Shown here: positions 27,553-36,977 of the stretch, piece by piece
Numbering within the stretch: position 1 is the first letter of the stretch
How the letters are laid out: each line of letters starts with the position of its first letter
NCBI GenBank assembly: GCA_020632975.1
Contig: JACKEL010000012.1
Location: 82,852-146,851, forward strand
DNA length: 64,000 nucleotides
Reading direction: 5' to 3'
Source: Myxococcales bacterium
GTDB taxonomy: Bacteria; Myxococcota_C; UBA6777
Made by a program: the position numbers and the translations under genes
Notes under the pieces: generated by a model
What the model was told of the DNA's origin: nothing
Seen by the model: the letters and a program-made list of their open reading frames with translations, nothing else
Database searches by the model: none

Positions 27553-28965
27553 ATGTGGGAGGCTTTTGTGAAGGACGCATCGCGGATGATGTCGGATTTC
27601 CCTGAAAGTTGGATCGCCGAAGTTCACGAACGGCCCTTGTGCCGCTATCTACAGATACAACTGCGCCATCACAAACAAGGCGCAGCATCCGCTCGGATGC
27701 GCTTGGGTCCTCATGTGGCCGAAGACGATGGTGTGGTCTCGGAAGGTGCGTTGACCACATTGGGAGGATGGACTGCGCAACTTGCGATCTTGAGTCTCGT
27801 GGGACAAGGGAGGGCGATCGTTCCCCTCGAACATCGGATAAGTTTGCTACAACCTGCGCGTTCTGGCGAAGTGATCGCGAAAGCGCGGGTCGAACACATG
27901 CGGGCACGGCTTGCGCATTGTAGTTATCGCATCGTCGATCAAGACGGCGAACTTGTCGCTGTGGGCGGCTTTTTGGCTGATGTGTTGCCAAGAGAGCAAG
28001 TCACAAGTCCGCGAGAACAGTTTGCCCGAGATACGGTGTCGCAAACGGAAGATGCTGCTTGGGCGGAAGATGGGGATGCTTCGTCGTTGGATATCTCGTC
28101 TGTTGCGGGCGAAAGAGAGCGCAAAGATACCTATGAGATCCCCAAGGTTGTTGCGCGTAAGAGCCCCACACTGGATGGCGACGCGACACTTCATCTTGCG
28201 GATGCTTCGATGGTACATGACGAACCCACCCACGCGGATCTTTCTCGCCTTCGCGATCGTGCCCTCAACAAGACGCTTGAGAGAAGTTCTCCGCTGTCTT
28301 CTCGTCCAGTCGAAGCAGGACTTCCTGATCTTGAAGAAGACGATGATTCCTTGGATGAAACAGTGCTTTCCTCTGTGGAGGCTTTCACAAAAAGCGCATC
28401 CTCTGGGCACAAACTCTCTTCTTCGCGTGTGCCTACGCTTGAGTGGAGCGCACCCAACAATCCCAATGCTTCTCACTCTGCTTCAAGTCTTCGTCAGACT
28501 GGGGCTTACGGTGCTCTTGAAGAAGATGACCTTCCTTCGATATCGACGCACGAGGCCGAAGACACAGAGAAGTTCGTACGACCTTTGAGCGTTAGCGAGG
28601 ATTACAACCCCCTCGATGATCACCAAGACACGGGGGAATTTGACGTTCCTCAACACCAAGATACAGATAAGTTTGTGTTGGGTTTTGTGGCAGAGGATAC
28701 AGAACAGTTTCCGCGCTCGGGGAGTCCCGATGATACGCAAAAGATGGTCGTTGAAGAAAAGCCTTTGGAGACAGAACGTCAACCACCTCCCGCATGGCTT
28801 CAAGGTGAATTGGGGCGTCTACCCAAAAAGTCCATCTCTCGGCCTTTACGCGACCATACGATGATCTCAAGGGTCGAAACCACGCGTCCCAAAGAACCAC
28901 CTGCCAGTCTTCCCATCGAAGCTGACTTTTTCGATGATGATCCCAAGCTCCCGGGGAAACGGTGA
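27553..28965 (+). CDS. Hotdog-fold (PaaI-thioesterase-like) N-terminal domain fused to a disordered acidic tail of about 320 aa
   Basis: The N-terminal approx. 150 aa read ...GVVSEGALTTLGGWTAQLAILS...EHRISLLQPARSGEVIAKARVEHMRARLAHCSYRIVDQDGELVAVG. The rest is D/E/S/P-rich with a recurring DT(x)(x)F motif. Confidence 0.7.
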   Translation: MWEAFVKDASRMMSDFPESWIAEVHERPLCRYLQIQLRHHKQGAASARMRLGPHVAEDDGVVSEGALTTLGGWTAQLAILSLVGQGRAIVPLEHRISLLQPARSGEVIAKARVEHMRARLAHCSYRIVDQDGELVAVGGFLADVLPREQVTSPREQFARDTVSQTEDAAWAEDGDASSLDISSVAGERERKDTYEIPKVVARKSPTLDGDATLHLADASMVHDEPTHADLSRLRDRALNKTLERSSPLSSRPVEAGLPDLEEDDDSLDETVLSSVEAFTKSASSGHKLSSSRVPTLEWSAPNNPNASHSASSLRQTGAYGALEEDDLPSISTHEAEDTEKFVRPLSVSEDYNPLDDHQDTGEFDVPQHQDTDKFVLGFVAEDTEQFPRSGSPDDTQKMVVEEKPLETERQPPPAWLQGELGRLPKKSISRPLRDHTMISRVETTRPKEPPASLPIEADFFDDDPKLPGKR

Positions 28966-29753
28966 TGTTGGAGCGAGAGGACTTGGTTGCGATTGCACGG
29001 GAAGCAGGGGCGTTGTTGCGAGGCTTCTTTGGTCGTGTGGTTGCGATTCAAAAAGCGGACAAGACGCTCGTTTCGGAGGCTGATCGCGCCACAGAGGAAC
29101 TGATCCTCTCTCGTGTTCGAGCGCTTGCTCCTGAACTTCCCATCATGGCTGAAGAGTCTTTTGCAAAAGGCTCTCGTCCCAAACAGACGGACTCTCCTTG
29201 GTTGTTTGCGATCGATCCGCTCGATGGAACGAATGCCTTTCTTTCTGGACTGCCGATCTGGGGGATATCACTGGGACTTTTGTTTCATGGTGAGCCGTTT
29301 CGCGGTGTGCTGTACTTTCCGATGGTCGACGAACTCTACGAAGCCGATGAGACGGGGGCTTGGTGGCAAGGAAAAGCTTTGTCAGATCAGCCCTTCGTTT
29401 CTCCTGGGAGTCTGGCTCATGCTTCGATGTGTATGCCTTCAAGTTTGCATCGTCTCTTTTCTGTGGATTTTGTAGGAAAAAATCGCAACTTTGGTTCGAC
29501 CGCGTATCACCTTGGTTTGGTGGCGCGTGGTGCTGTGGTGGGGACCTTGTTGGAAGGCGTGCGGCTGTGGGATCTTGTGGGTGGGATGGCCCTTTGCAAA
29601 CAAACCAAGCGGATCGCTCAAAGCCTCGATGGGAAGGACTTTTCGATGGAGCCCTTGTTGGATGGCTCTGTGCTTTCTGCACCTCTCCTGATCGCAGATG
29701 CATCGTCGATGTCTGCGTTGCTCTCGACGATTTCTTCTCGTTCGTGCGACTAG
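28962..29753 (+). CDS. Inositol monophosphatase family protein
   Basis: SEADRATEELI, WLFAIDPLDGTNAF, GSTAYHLGLVARG. The start overlaps the upstream stop (GTGATG). Confidence 0.85.
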   Translation: MMLEREDLVAIAREAGALLRGFFGRVVAIQKADKTLVSEADRATEELILSRVRALAPELPIMAEESFAKGSRPKQTDSPWLFAIDPLDGTNAFLSGLPIWGISLGLLFHGEPFRGVLYFPMVDELYEADETGAWWQGKALSDQPFVSPGSLAHASMCMPSSLHRLFSVDFVGKNRNFGSTAYHLGLVARGAVVGTLLEGVRLWDLVGGMALCKQTKRIAQSLDGKDFSMEPLLDGSVLSAPLLIADASSMSALLSTISSRSCD

Positions 29754-29793
29754 GTTACGTTGAGGTGTGGTTGGGGTGTGTTGAGAAGAGAGA

Positions 29794-30696
29794 CTAAGCT
29801 TTGGGAAAAGCGCAGGCTTGGGTCTCTTTGAAGGGATTGGGGAGATTGGAAAGAGAGAGCGGAGCGCTCTTTTGGCCATCTTGTTGGATGGTATGGAGCG
29901 TGTAGCCGAAGCCTTCGATGTACGAAAGCAAGTCGTGGGCTGACATCTTCATCGCTTTGAGGTCGTTGGGGGAGATCTCAAAGACGAGGATGGGACGATG
30001 TTTGCGCAGTGTGTTCTCTCCGCCCCGTAGGAAGGCTGCTTCCGCACCTTGGATGTCGAGTTTAATAAAGTCCACGCGCGTCAGGTTGTTGGCCTCGACA
30101 AAGTGGTCCAGTGTCTCCGCTTCGACCGTGAGTTTTTGGGATAGATGATCGTTGTGATCGTGGATCGAGGCCATCCCTTGGTTGTGGACAGACTCTTGGG
30201 CGGCATGGATCGTCAAGGTACCGTTGTAGTCTGAAAAGGCCTTCTCTACGATGGTACAGTTGGATTCGAGTTTGTTTGCTTGGATGTGTCTGCGCAGGCG
30301 TTGGATGATGTAAGGCACGGGCTCGATGGCGTACACGTGACCGTTGGGGCCTACGCATTTTCCGAGGTGTACGCTGAAGAATCCGATGTTTGCGCCCGCA
30401 TCAAAGCAAACCATATCAGGTCCGATGTAACGCTCGATAAAACGGTGAAAGTTTGCTTCATATCCACCAAACGCGATCACCACGAGGTCGAGAAAGTAGT
30501 AAGGGTGGAGCAAAAAGTCGTTTCCCCACGTGTCTCGATACCACTGAAAGTCCTCTGGATGAGGGGGCGGACCTTGTTGGTAGATCTTTTGTGCCGCCTA
30601 GTAGATCAGGCGTTTGGGATAGACGATCGATGTTTTTCTGTTGACCAAAGCGAGCACATCAAAAGCTGTCTCAAAAAACTTGTGAGCAGGAAGCAT
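29794..30696 (-). pseudogene. FkbM-family methyltransferase interrupted by one in-frame TAG (30598-30600)
   Basis: Downstream part: CFDAGANIGFFSVHL...YAIEPVP...DFIKLDIQGAEAAFLRG...PILVFEISP. The same frame continues upstream through TAG to ATG at 30694-30696: MLPAHKFFETAFDVLALVNRKTSIVYPKRLIY*AAQKIYQQGPPPHPEDFQWYRDTWGNDFLLHPYYF. Confidence 0.6.
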
Positions 30697-30744
30697 CAGT
30701 GGGTTCCTTTTCTATAAAACGCGCAAAGCTTTCGTGAGCGCAGA

Positions 30745-31887
30745 CTACGTATCGATGCCAAGTGTGCGCACGACCGCCCAATAAAGAGCGAGCGCCAACA
30801 CCACCGCATTCAGAAAGCGCTGCCAACGCTTCCCATCTTGGCTCTGTAGCAGGATCTGCAAAAGAGGATAAGCGACCAAAACGATGGCCAGTTGGCCAAG
30901 TTCGACGCCAACGTTGAATGAAAAAAGCGCTGGTAACAAACCTGAAGTTTGTGGTGTAACTTTATCGCGCAAGAGATAAGAAAAACCGAATCCATGGACC
31001 AAGCCAAAGAAGCCCGCAAGCCCCGCTCGGTATCCCATGAGAGGCTTTTCTTTCCAGATGTTTTCGGATGCGACGATGGCGATGGATAGGGCGATCGCGA
31101 CCTCGACGGGACGTGGTGGAAGCGTGACGATATCCAAGACGCTCAACATCAACGTCACGGTGTGCCCTAGCGTGAAAGCTGTCACGATCCACAAGAGTTG
31201 GCGCAAACTCACGATCGTAAATAACAACACCACCAAAAACAAAACATGATCAAAGCCCGTCCAGATGTGCCAGATCCCTTCCCATAAGAAGGCTACGATC
31301 AGTGCCCGACCTTGCGGAAGGATAGGGCGACTCACTGGCTGGCTGGTACTTTTTGTCGCACGCGTTGTCGGACTTTTGAACGTCAATGTGTAAGAAGGAA
31401 AAAATTGCGAGATGATCGTGCGGCGTGAAGGCTTGCCATCGACCTCGATTCGCACGTGGTGACGGTGGCTTCCTTCATCTTCCAAGAGGATCTTGTTTTC
31501 GATCACAAGCTCGCCGATGGGCTTTCCACAGCGTCGTTTCTGGAAAAGCAGGGCGCGTCGTCCTCCCTGTCCCCACCGCATCTTTTGTTCAAAGGCATGA
31601 CACAACTTGCCATTGTTGCTGATCAACAATCGACTGGCCATGTAGTCTTCGATGCTCTTTCGTCCCGCATCCAACACAGGGAAGGGTATTTTCTTGTTTT
31701 CGTTCCCACCTAACTTGAGGTAGTTGCCCAAGTCTCGGGAGCTTACAGATATCGCGACCCGCAAATCGCCTGTCTTTGTATCGATCTTGACGCGCATCTC
31801 CCCCGGTAAAGATGTCATATGCGCCCAAGCAGCCGTTGGTTTCAGGAGCAGCATCCCAAAGAAGATGCCCCAAAACCAACATACCAT
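30745..31887 (-). CDS. HupE/UreJ-family membrane protein with N-terminal periplasmic domain
   Basis: The signal is MVCWFWGIFFGMLLLKPTAAWA. The C-terminal TM core reads HVLFLVVLL...AFTLGHTVTL...GLVHGFGFS...FNVGVELGQL. The 85 N-terminal codons in the ORF track are translated REP elements and are rejected. Confidence 0.75.
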   Translation of the reverse strand: MVCWFWGIFFGMLLLKPTAAWAHMTSLPGEMRVKIDTKTGDLRVAISVSSRDLGNYLKLGGNENKKIPFPVLDAGRKSIEDYMASRLLISNNGKLCHAFEQKMRWGQGGRRALLFQKRRCGKPIGELVIENKILLEDEGSHRHHVRIEVDGKPSRRTIISQFFPSYTLTFKSPTTRATKSTSQPVSRPILPQGRALIVAFLWEGIWHIWTGFDHVLFLVVLLFTIVSLRQLLWIVTAFTLGHTVTLMLSVLDIVTLPPRPVEVAIALSIAIVASENIWKEKPLMGYRAGLAGFFGLVHGFGFSYLLRDKVTPQTSGLLPALFSFNVGVELGQLAIVLVAYPLLQILLQSQDGKRWQRFLNAVVLALALYWAVVRTLGIDT

Positions 31888-31900
31888 CCATATCAATGCA

Positions 31901-32110
31901 GGGGCGGCCACGGAGGGCCGCCCGAAATGGGGGATAAATGCATGGGTGGCCACGGAGGGCCGCCCGAAATTGGGGATATGCAGGGGAGATTTAGGGGCGG
32001 CCACGGAGGGTCGCCCGAAATGCGGGAGAGATTTAGGGGCGGCCACGGAGGGCCGCCCGTGATGCGGGGGATGCGGGGTAGATTTAGGGGCGGCCACGGA
32101 GGGCCGCCCG
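31901..32110. repeat. Tandem array of 5 REP-like palindromes (GGGGCGGCCACGGAGGGCCGCCC + GAAATG)
   Basis: Copies lie at 31901-31923, 31944-31965, 31994-32016, 32036-32058 and 32087-32109. All are in the same orientation with a 42-51 bp period. Each has 8-bp GC stems (GGGCGGCC/GGCCGCCC). Confidence 0.85.
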
Positions 32111-32138
32111 AAATGCGGGATATTCGGGATAAATGGGA

Positions 32139-33224
32139 TCATGGGTGCTTTCGTGGTAGATAAGGTCGTGGATTGATGGGATGTTTGTGGAGGAAGAGTC
32201 CAAAGTGAAGGTGGGGGCCCGTGGAGCGGCCTGTGGAGCCGATTCGTCCGATGTATTGTCCCGAAGTGACGGCATCATTGGGGCCGATCAAGATCTGTGA
32301 AAGATGGCAATAGAGAGTGCGAAATCCGCGTGCATGTTGGATAAGGATCCCAAGTCCGCAAGAGCCCATCCAGCCCGTGTGACGGACTGTTCCATGCGAG
32401 GCTGCGTACACGGGACTACCAAAAGGAGCGGCGATGTCGAGACCTTGGTGGAATCTACGCTTTTTTTGGAAGGGGTCTGTGCGTAGTCCAAAGCCGCTGC
32501 TGAGCGCTCCGCGTGCGGGCCAACGCAGAAAAGTCGTGGGTTCGCGGAAGCGTTCGATGTCGCGGTCGGTAAAGACCAGTGCGGGGCGTGAATCAGTTTC
32601 TGATGCGTCCCCTTTGGCTTGGGCGTTGTTTACGTCGGAGTATAGGACAGGAACGAACTTGGATGTCTTTGCAGACTTGGGTTTTTGCGCCAAGTGTGGG
32701 GCTTGTCGTTGCAGGTCGAGTTTGACGATGGCTTGGATGATCTTGTGAGACAGGCCCGTCGGAAAACGCGGGTGGTGGTTGCGATCATGGTCGCTTTTGA
32801 CTTCGAGAAGATGCCGATAGGCTGAAAGGGCGGTGGGAGAGAGGCAAGAGGAAGCTTCTTTGAGGTGTACGAGTAGGACTTGCCACTGTTGGATGCGATG
32901 AGGAAGTTGGGTCGCAGGTTGAAGAAATTGCTGTGTGTGTCGTTGTAGTCGTTGCCATGGGGGTTTACAAGCAAGGTCTGGAGTAGGACATTGCTGACAA
33001 AAGTGCGCAGAGTTGGAAGATGCAGGGCGCACGGTCTTTTTGGCGATGGGGGTTGTTTTTGTCAGTTCTTTGCGTTGTAAGTTGGCGTGCTTGCAGCCAG
33101 AGGACGCCCACAAAAAGAAAGCGTAGACGAAAAAGGTGATCTGCCAAAGTCCCCGAGAGACGGGCTTCTTTGTGGTGGCTGGATTGCGATGTGAGGGATA
33201 TGACACAAACATGATGTATCTCAT
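32139..33224 (-). CDS. M23-family (LytM-type) metallopeptidase lipoprotein
   Basis: The lipobox is LWASSGC. The C-terminal region reads HQGLDIAAPFGSPVYAASHGTV...YCHLSQI...GRIGSTGRSTGPHLHF. Confidence 0.85.
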   Translation of the reverse strand: MRYIMFVSYPSHRNPATTKKPVSRGLWQITFFVYAFFLWASSGCKHANLQRKELTKTTPIAKKTVRPASSNSAHFCQQCPTPDLACKPPWQRLQRHTQQFLQPATQLPHRIQQWQVLLVHLKEASSCLSPTALSAYRHLLEVKSDHDRNHHPRFPTGLSHKIIQAIVKLDLQRQAPHLAQKPKSAKTSKFVPVLYSDVNNAQAKGDASETDSRPALVFTDRDIERFREPTTFLRWPARGALSSGFGLRTDPFQKKRRFHQGLDIAAPFGSPVYAASHGTVRHTGWMGSCGLGILIQHARGFRTLYCHLSQILIGPNDAVTSGQYIGRIGSTGRSTGPHLHFGLFLHKHPINPRPYLPRKHP

Positions 33225-33291
33225 GTGATTTGTAAGATGCGAATTGAGGGCAGTGTAACTTGGGCAGCAAAGGAAGACAAGAGAGGCTTGG

Positions 33292-34722
33292 ATGCAGGAA
33301 AAAACAAGGCAGTCAGTATGGAAGCTGCTTTTTGATGGTGGGACAATTGTCTTAGAAGCGCCTCAAGACCTTGGTGGTGCGACACCTCCCCCAGAGCTAA
33401 AGTGGGACGAACGGATCGGATTCCATCGTGCGCGGGCCGTGGATTATCGGCGGATTCGGACATGGGTACATCGTCTTGGTGTCGAATATGTCGATGAAGC
33501 CGAACTGTACAATCGTTTGGAGCTGCATTCTCACTTTAAGCGAGAGCCACGCCCTTACCAAGAAGAGGGGATCGCGGCTTGGAAGGCTGCTGGCAAGCGT
33601 GGTTTGATCTTGTTGCCCACAGGGACGGGGAAATCCTTTGTGGCGGAGTTGGCGATGATGGAGACCCAACGTTCGACTTTGATCGTGGCGCCCACCATCG
33701 ACTTGATGAACCAGTGGTATGAGATCTTGTCTTCGTCTTTTCAGTGCGCTGTCGGCCTTTTGGGAGGGGGATATCACGAGATCGAAGATCTCACGGTGAG
33801 CACATACGACTCGGCTTACTTGCATATGGAGCGGTTGGGCAGTCGTTTTGGTTTGATTATCTTTGACGAGGTGCACCATCTTCCAGGTCCCAGTTATATG
33901 TACGCTGCGGAGTGTTGTATCGCGCCTTTTCGTTTGGGTCTGACTGCGACGTTGGAACGTCCAGATGGACGTCATCAACTGCTCGATGATGTGGTGGGTC
34001 CTGTCGTGTACCATCGGTCGATTCGGGAGTTGGCGGGGCAATACCTCGCAGAGTATGACGTCGAAAAGATCACCATCGAGTTGGACCCCGAGGAGTTTGC
34101 GGAATACACGGAAGCACGGGAGATTTATCGAAGCTTTGTGCGAGAAAAAGGGATTCGATTTGGGGGCCCGCAGGGATGGGGGCAGTTTGTGTCTGTGAGC
34201 AGTCGCAGTGCAGCGGGGCGGCGTGCGATGAAAGCTTACCAAGCTGCGCGACGCTTGGCTTTGTCTGCACCCTCCAAACTACGGGACCTTGAGGGCTTGT
34301 TGCGTCAACACAAAAAGGATCGCGTGATCATCTTTACGAATGATAATGACTCTGTGTACCGCATCAGTCAGCGTTTTTTGATTCCAGCGATCACGCATCA
34401 GACCGATGCCAAGGAGCGAAAAGAGATCCTGAGTCGCTTCAATGAAGGCACCTACCCATGTCTGGTGACGTCGCGCGTACTCAACGAAGGCGTGAACGTG
34501 CCCGATGTCAACGTGGGGATCATCCTCAGTGGGACGGGGAGCGTGCGAGAACACGTGCAGCGACTTGGACGGATCTTGCGGAAACAGCCCGAAAAACGAG
34601 CGATCTTGTACGAGGTCGTCACAGCCAATACCGTGGAACAGTACGTCAGCGAGCGACGTCGTGAGCACGACGCATATCGTTTGGATGAAGAACCCGAGCC
34701 AGAACCCGATATGGAGGACTAA
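33292..34722 (+). CDS. XPB/Rad25(ERCC3)-type SF2 DNA helicase
   Basis: PRPYQEEGIAAW, LLPTGTGKSFVA (motif I), IIFDEVHHLPG (motif II), GLTATLERPDG (motif III), LVTSRVLNEGVNVPDVNV, HVQRLGRILR (motif VI). The N-terminal approx. 75 aa form an extra domain. Confidence 0.8.
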   Translation: MQEKTRQSVWKLLFDGGTIVLEAPQDLGGATPPPELKWDERIGFHRARAVDYRRIRTWVHRLGVEYVDEAELYNRLELHSHFKREPRPYQEEGIAAWKAAGKRGLILLPTGTGKSFVAELAMMETQRSTLIVAPTIDLMNQWYEILSSSFQCAVGLLGGGYHEIEDLTVSTYDSAYLHMERLGSRFGLIIFDEVHHLPGPSYMYAAECCIAPFRLGLTATLERPDGRHQLLDDVVGPVVYHRSIRELAGQYLAEYDVEKITIELDPEEFAEYTEAREIYRSFVREKGIRFGGPQGWGQFVSVSSRSAAGRRAMKAYQAARRLALSAPSKLRDLEGLLRQHKKDRVIIFTNDNDSVYRISQRFLIPAITHQTDAKERKEILSRFNEGTYPCLVTSRVLNEGVNVPDVNVGIILSGTGSVREHVQRLGRILRKQPEKRAILYEVVTANTVEQYVSERRREHDAYRLDEEPEPEPDMED

Positions 34723-34727
34723 GTCGC

Positions 34728-35948
34728 ATGTTGACGACGGACCTAATCCGAGTGAGTCAAAAGGGAGAATCGATCGAGCCGCGTTATATCAAGCTGGACA
34801 AGCCAAAGCTGTTGGCCAAGGCTGAGCGCTTGATCGAGGCGTATCGATCGCATGTGGGGAACCCTCGTGGCGTCTTGGAAGAAGAATTAAAAGACATTAT
34901 CGGCGATGGGACGGACTTTTTGGTACAGCGAGGGCTTGCGAAGCTGTTGGCGGATCGTTCCAACTTTGTGGTGATATCGCCGCTTTCGCCTGTGGAGCTT
35001 CGTCGCAAAGTCTTCGAAGCGACCGCACAAGTTCATCCTGTTGCGCAGATCCCAGATCTGCATCACCAAACAACACGCGAAGATGTTTTGCGGGGGGTCG
35101 CGGAGGAGCTTGGTGTCACCTTTGAAGCGGTGGAAGCCTCGTTGTATGCGGACTTACAGGATGCTTACATCTTGGAGACTTTTGAGGAGATCGAGCCCGA
35201 AGCTTTGTTGCATCGTTACAATCTCGCGTTGGCCCAAGCCGTGTTGTTTCGGGCCTCTCGGATGCAGGTTTGGTTGCGTAATCCAGATGCCAAGAGACTG
35301 AAGCAGTTGATGCGGTACGTGAAGTTTTTCCGCTTGATCGCTGCGGCAGAGTACGAAGGGGACGATGTCTTAATCACCATTGATGGCCCCATGTCGATGT
35401 TTCGTTTCGGCCAGAAGTACGGGCTTCAGATGGCGAGCTTTTTGCCGGCGTTGTTGCTTTGTGAGTCGTGGACGATGCGCGCGGAGCTTTTGTGGGATGA
35501 GCGGCGCGAGCCACGTGTCTTTTACCTCGATAGCGACTGCGCTTTGAAAAGCCACTACCCAGACAAGGGTGTGTACCTGACAGACGAAGAGGAACATCTC
35601 AGAAAGCGTTGGGGGCAACTAAAGCTAGAGTGGGATCTTGTTCCATCCAGTCGGATGTTACGGATGGGAAGTCGCGATGTCGCGGTCGTCGATTATCGTT
35701 TGGTACATCCTGACGGCCGCGAGGCGTGGTTGGAGTTGCTAGGATTTTGGCATCGAGAGTCACTGCTTCGACGTATCGAACAGATCCGCGAGTACGGCCC
35801 ATCGCATCTTATTGTAGCTTTGTCGAGCAAGATGCGGGTTTCTGAGGATGATTTTTCCGATATCTCTGATCAAGTGTATCTCTACAAAGACGTGATGCAC
35901 CCCAAACGCTTGGCAGAACGAGCAGAGGAGGTTGCCCAAAAATTGTGA
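34728..35948 (+). CDS. DUF790 / Bax1-like nuclease partner of XPB
   Basis: It starts 5 nt after the XPB stop. The N-terminus MLTTDLIRVSQKGESIEPRYI and the C-terminal LELLGFWHRESLLRRIEQIRE match my recollection of DUF790 hallmarks. Not verified by search. Confidence 0.65.
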   Translation: MLTTDLIRVSQKGESIEPRYIKLDKPKLLAKAERLIEAYRSHVGNPRGVLEEELKDIIGDGTDFLVQRGLAKLLADRSNFVVISPLSPVELRRKVFEATAQVHPVAQIPDLHHQTTREDVLRGVAEELGVTFEAVEASLYADLQDAYILETFEEIEPEALLHRYNLALAQAVLFRASRMQVWLRNPDAKRLKQLMRYVKFFRLIAAAEYEGDDVLITIDGPMSMFRFGQKYGLQMASFLPALLLCESWTMRAELLWDERREPRVFYLDSDCALKSHYPDKGVYLTDEEEHLRKRWGQLKLEWDLVPSSRMLRMGSRDVAVVDYRLVHPDGREAWLELLGFWHRESLLRRIEQIREYGPSHLIVALSSKMRVSEDDFSDISDQVYLYKDVMHPKRLAERAEEVAQKL

Positions 35949-36203
35949 GTGGGGTCCTTTCTCAATGGGGGAGGTGTAAATGTGGGCGGGTGGCTTTTTG
36001 GCTGCTTTGGACGTGTTTTGGTTCGATAGGTGTTAGGTAGAATGACGCTTGGGTGGATCTCTTGGGGACACGAGATATTGACATTTCTCTGGCTTCGGGG
36101 TGTGATACGGCGACAGGTTTAGATGTGCATGCAAAGTGGTTCACGCAGAAAGAAGTTGGCGGCGAGTCTGTCACGAGCATAGCAACGAGGAGCCGAGGTG
36201 AGG

Positions 36204-36977
36204 ATGGATCTGCATATCTTGGGTGCAGAAGGTGGAGAACTTTTCGGATACAAACCGGCAAGTTTTCTCTTTCAAGATGATCTTTTGATCGATGCGGGCT
36301 CCATATGCTCAACATTAAAGCTCGATGCGCTCTTGCAAATTGAGCATGTTTTTTTGAGTCATACCCATCTCGATCACATCAAAGACTTGGGACTACTCGC
36401 GGATCTGTTGACGGGGCTTCACTCCAAGCCCCTCAAGATCTACGGAACCGCAGATGTCTTGCGCACACTGCGCGAACATTACTTCAACAACAAGATTTGG
36501 CCAGACTTTACACAAATCCCACCGCCTCCCATGATGCCTGTGTTGGAGTTGGTCGAGCTGACCCCGATGACGCCCGTCTATCTCCCAGGGGAACGCAGTG
36601 TCTTGCCGATTCCTGTTCATCACACTGTCCCAACATGCGCTTTTTTGGTGATGTGGCCTGGCCATAGTTTCTTGTACAGCGCAGACACGGGCCCTACAGA
36701 TATCTTGTGGGATGTGGCGAACCAACGGGACGATCTACGTGGTTTGATCCTCGATGTTGCTTTCCCCATCCGTATGCAGTGGATCGCTGACGCTGCAAAA
36801 CACCTCACCCCCAAGACTGCACAAAGCGAATTGCTCAAGCTCAAACGCGATATCCCGATCTACTTTTTCCACCTAAAGCCCGCCTTTTACGAAGAGATGG
36901 TCGATGAACTCGGAAAGACGTTACCCGATGTGGGGACGATCCTGCGTTCAGGGCAAGAATTGTTGCTGGGTGGTTGA
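36204..36977 (+). CDS. MBL-fold metallo-hydrolase (class-II cyclic-nucleotide phosphodiesterase-like)
   Basis: LIDAGS...VFLSHTHLDHIKDL contains the HxHxDH motif. ATG at 36204 is preferred over the GTG at 36198. Confidence 0.7.
   Translation: MDLHILGAEGGELFGYKPASFLFQDDLLIDAGSICSTLKLDALLQIEHVFLSHTHLDHIKDLGLLADLLTGLHSKPLKIYGTADVLRTLREHYFNNKIWPDFTQIPPPPMMPVLELVELTPMTPVYLPGERSVLPIPVHHTVPTCAFLVMWPGHSFLYSADTGPTDILWDVANQRDDLRGLILDVAFPIRMQWIADAAKHLTPKTAQSELLKLKRDIPIYFFHLKPAFYEEMVDELGKTLPDVGTILRSGQELLLGG

Noticed and set aside
27266-27991. 241-aa minus-strand ORF
   Set aside because: It is mostly antisense to the hotdog-domain gene and is Arg/Ser/Pro-rich.
31901-32110. CRISPR array
   Set aside because: The spacers are only about 14-22 nt and are related to each other. 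The repeat is a perfect GC palindrome that also occurs singly and in both orientations at other loci. No cas genes are present. It behaves as a REP/BIME-type element.
31888-32142. N-terminal 85 codons of ORF 30745..32142 (repeating HFGRPSVAAPKS)
   Set aside because: The peptide repeat is simply the translation of the five REP palindromes. A proper signal peptide begins at ATG 31887.
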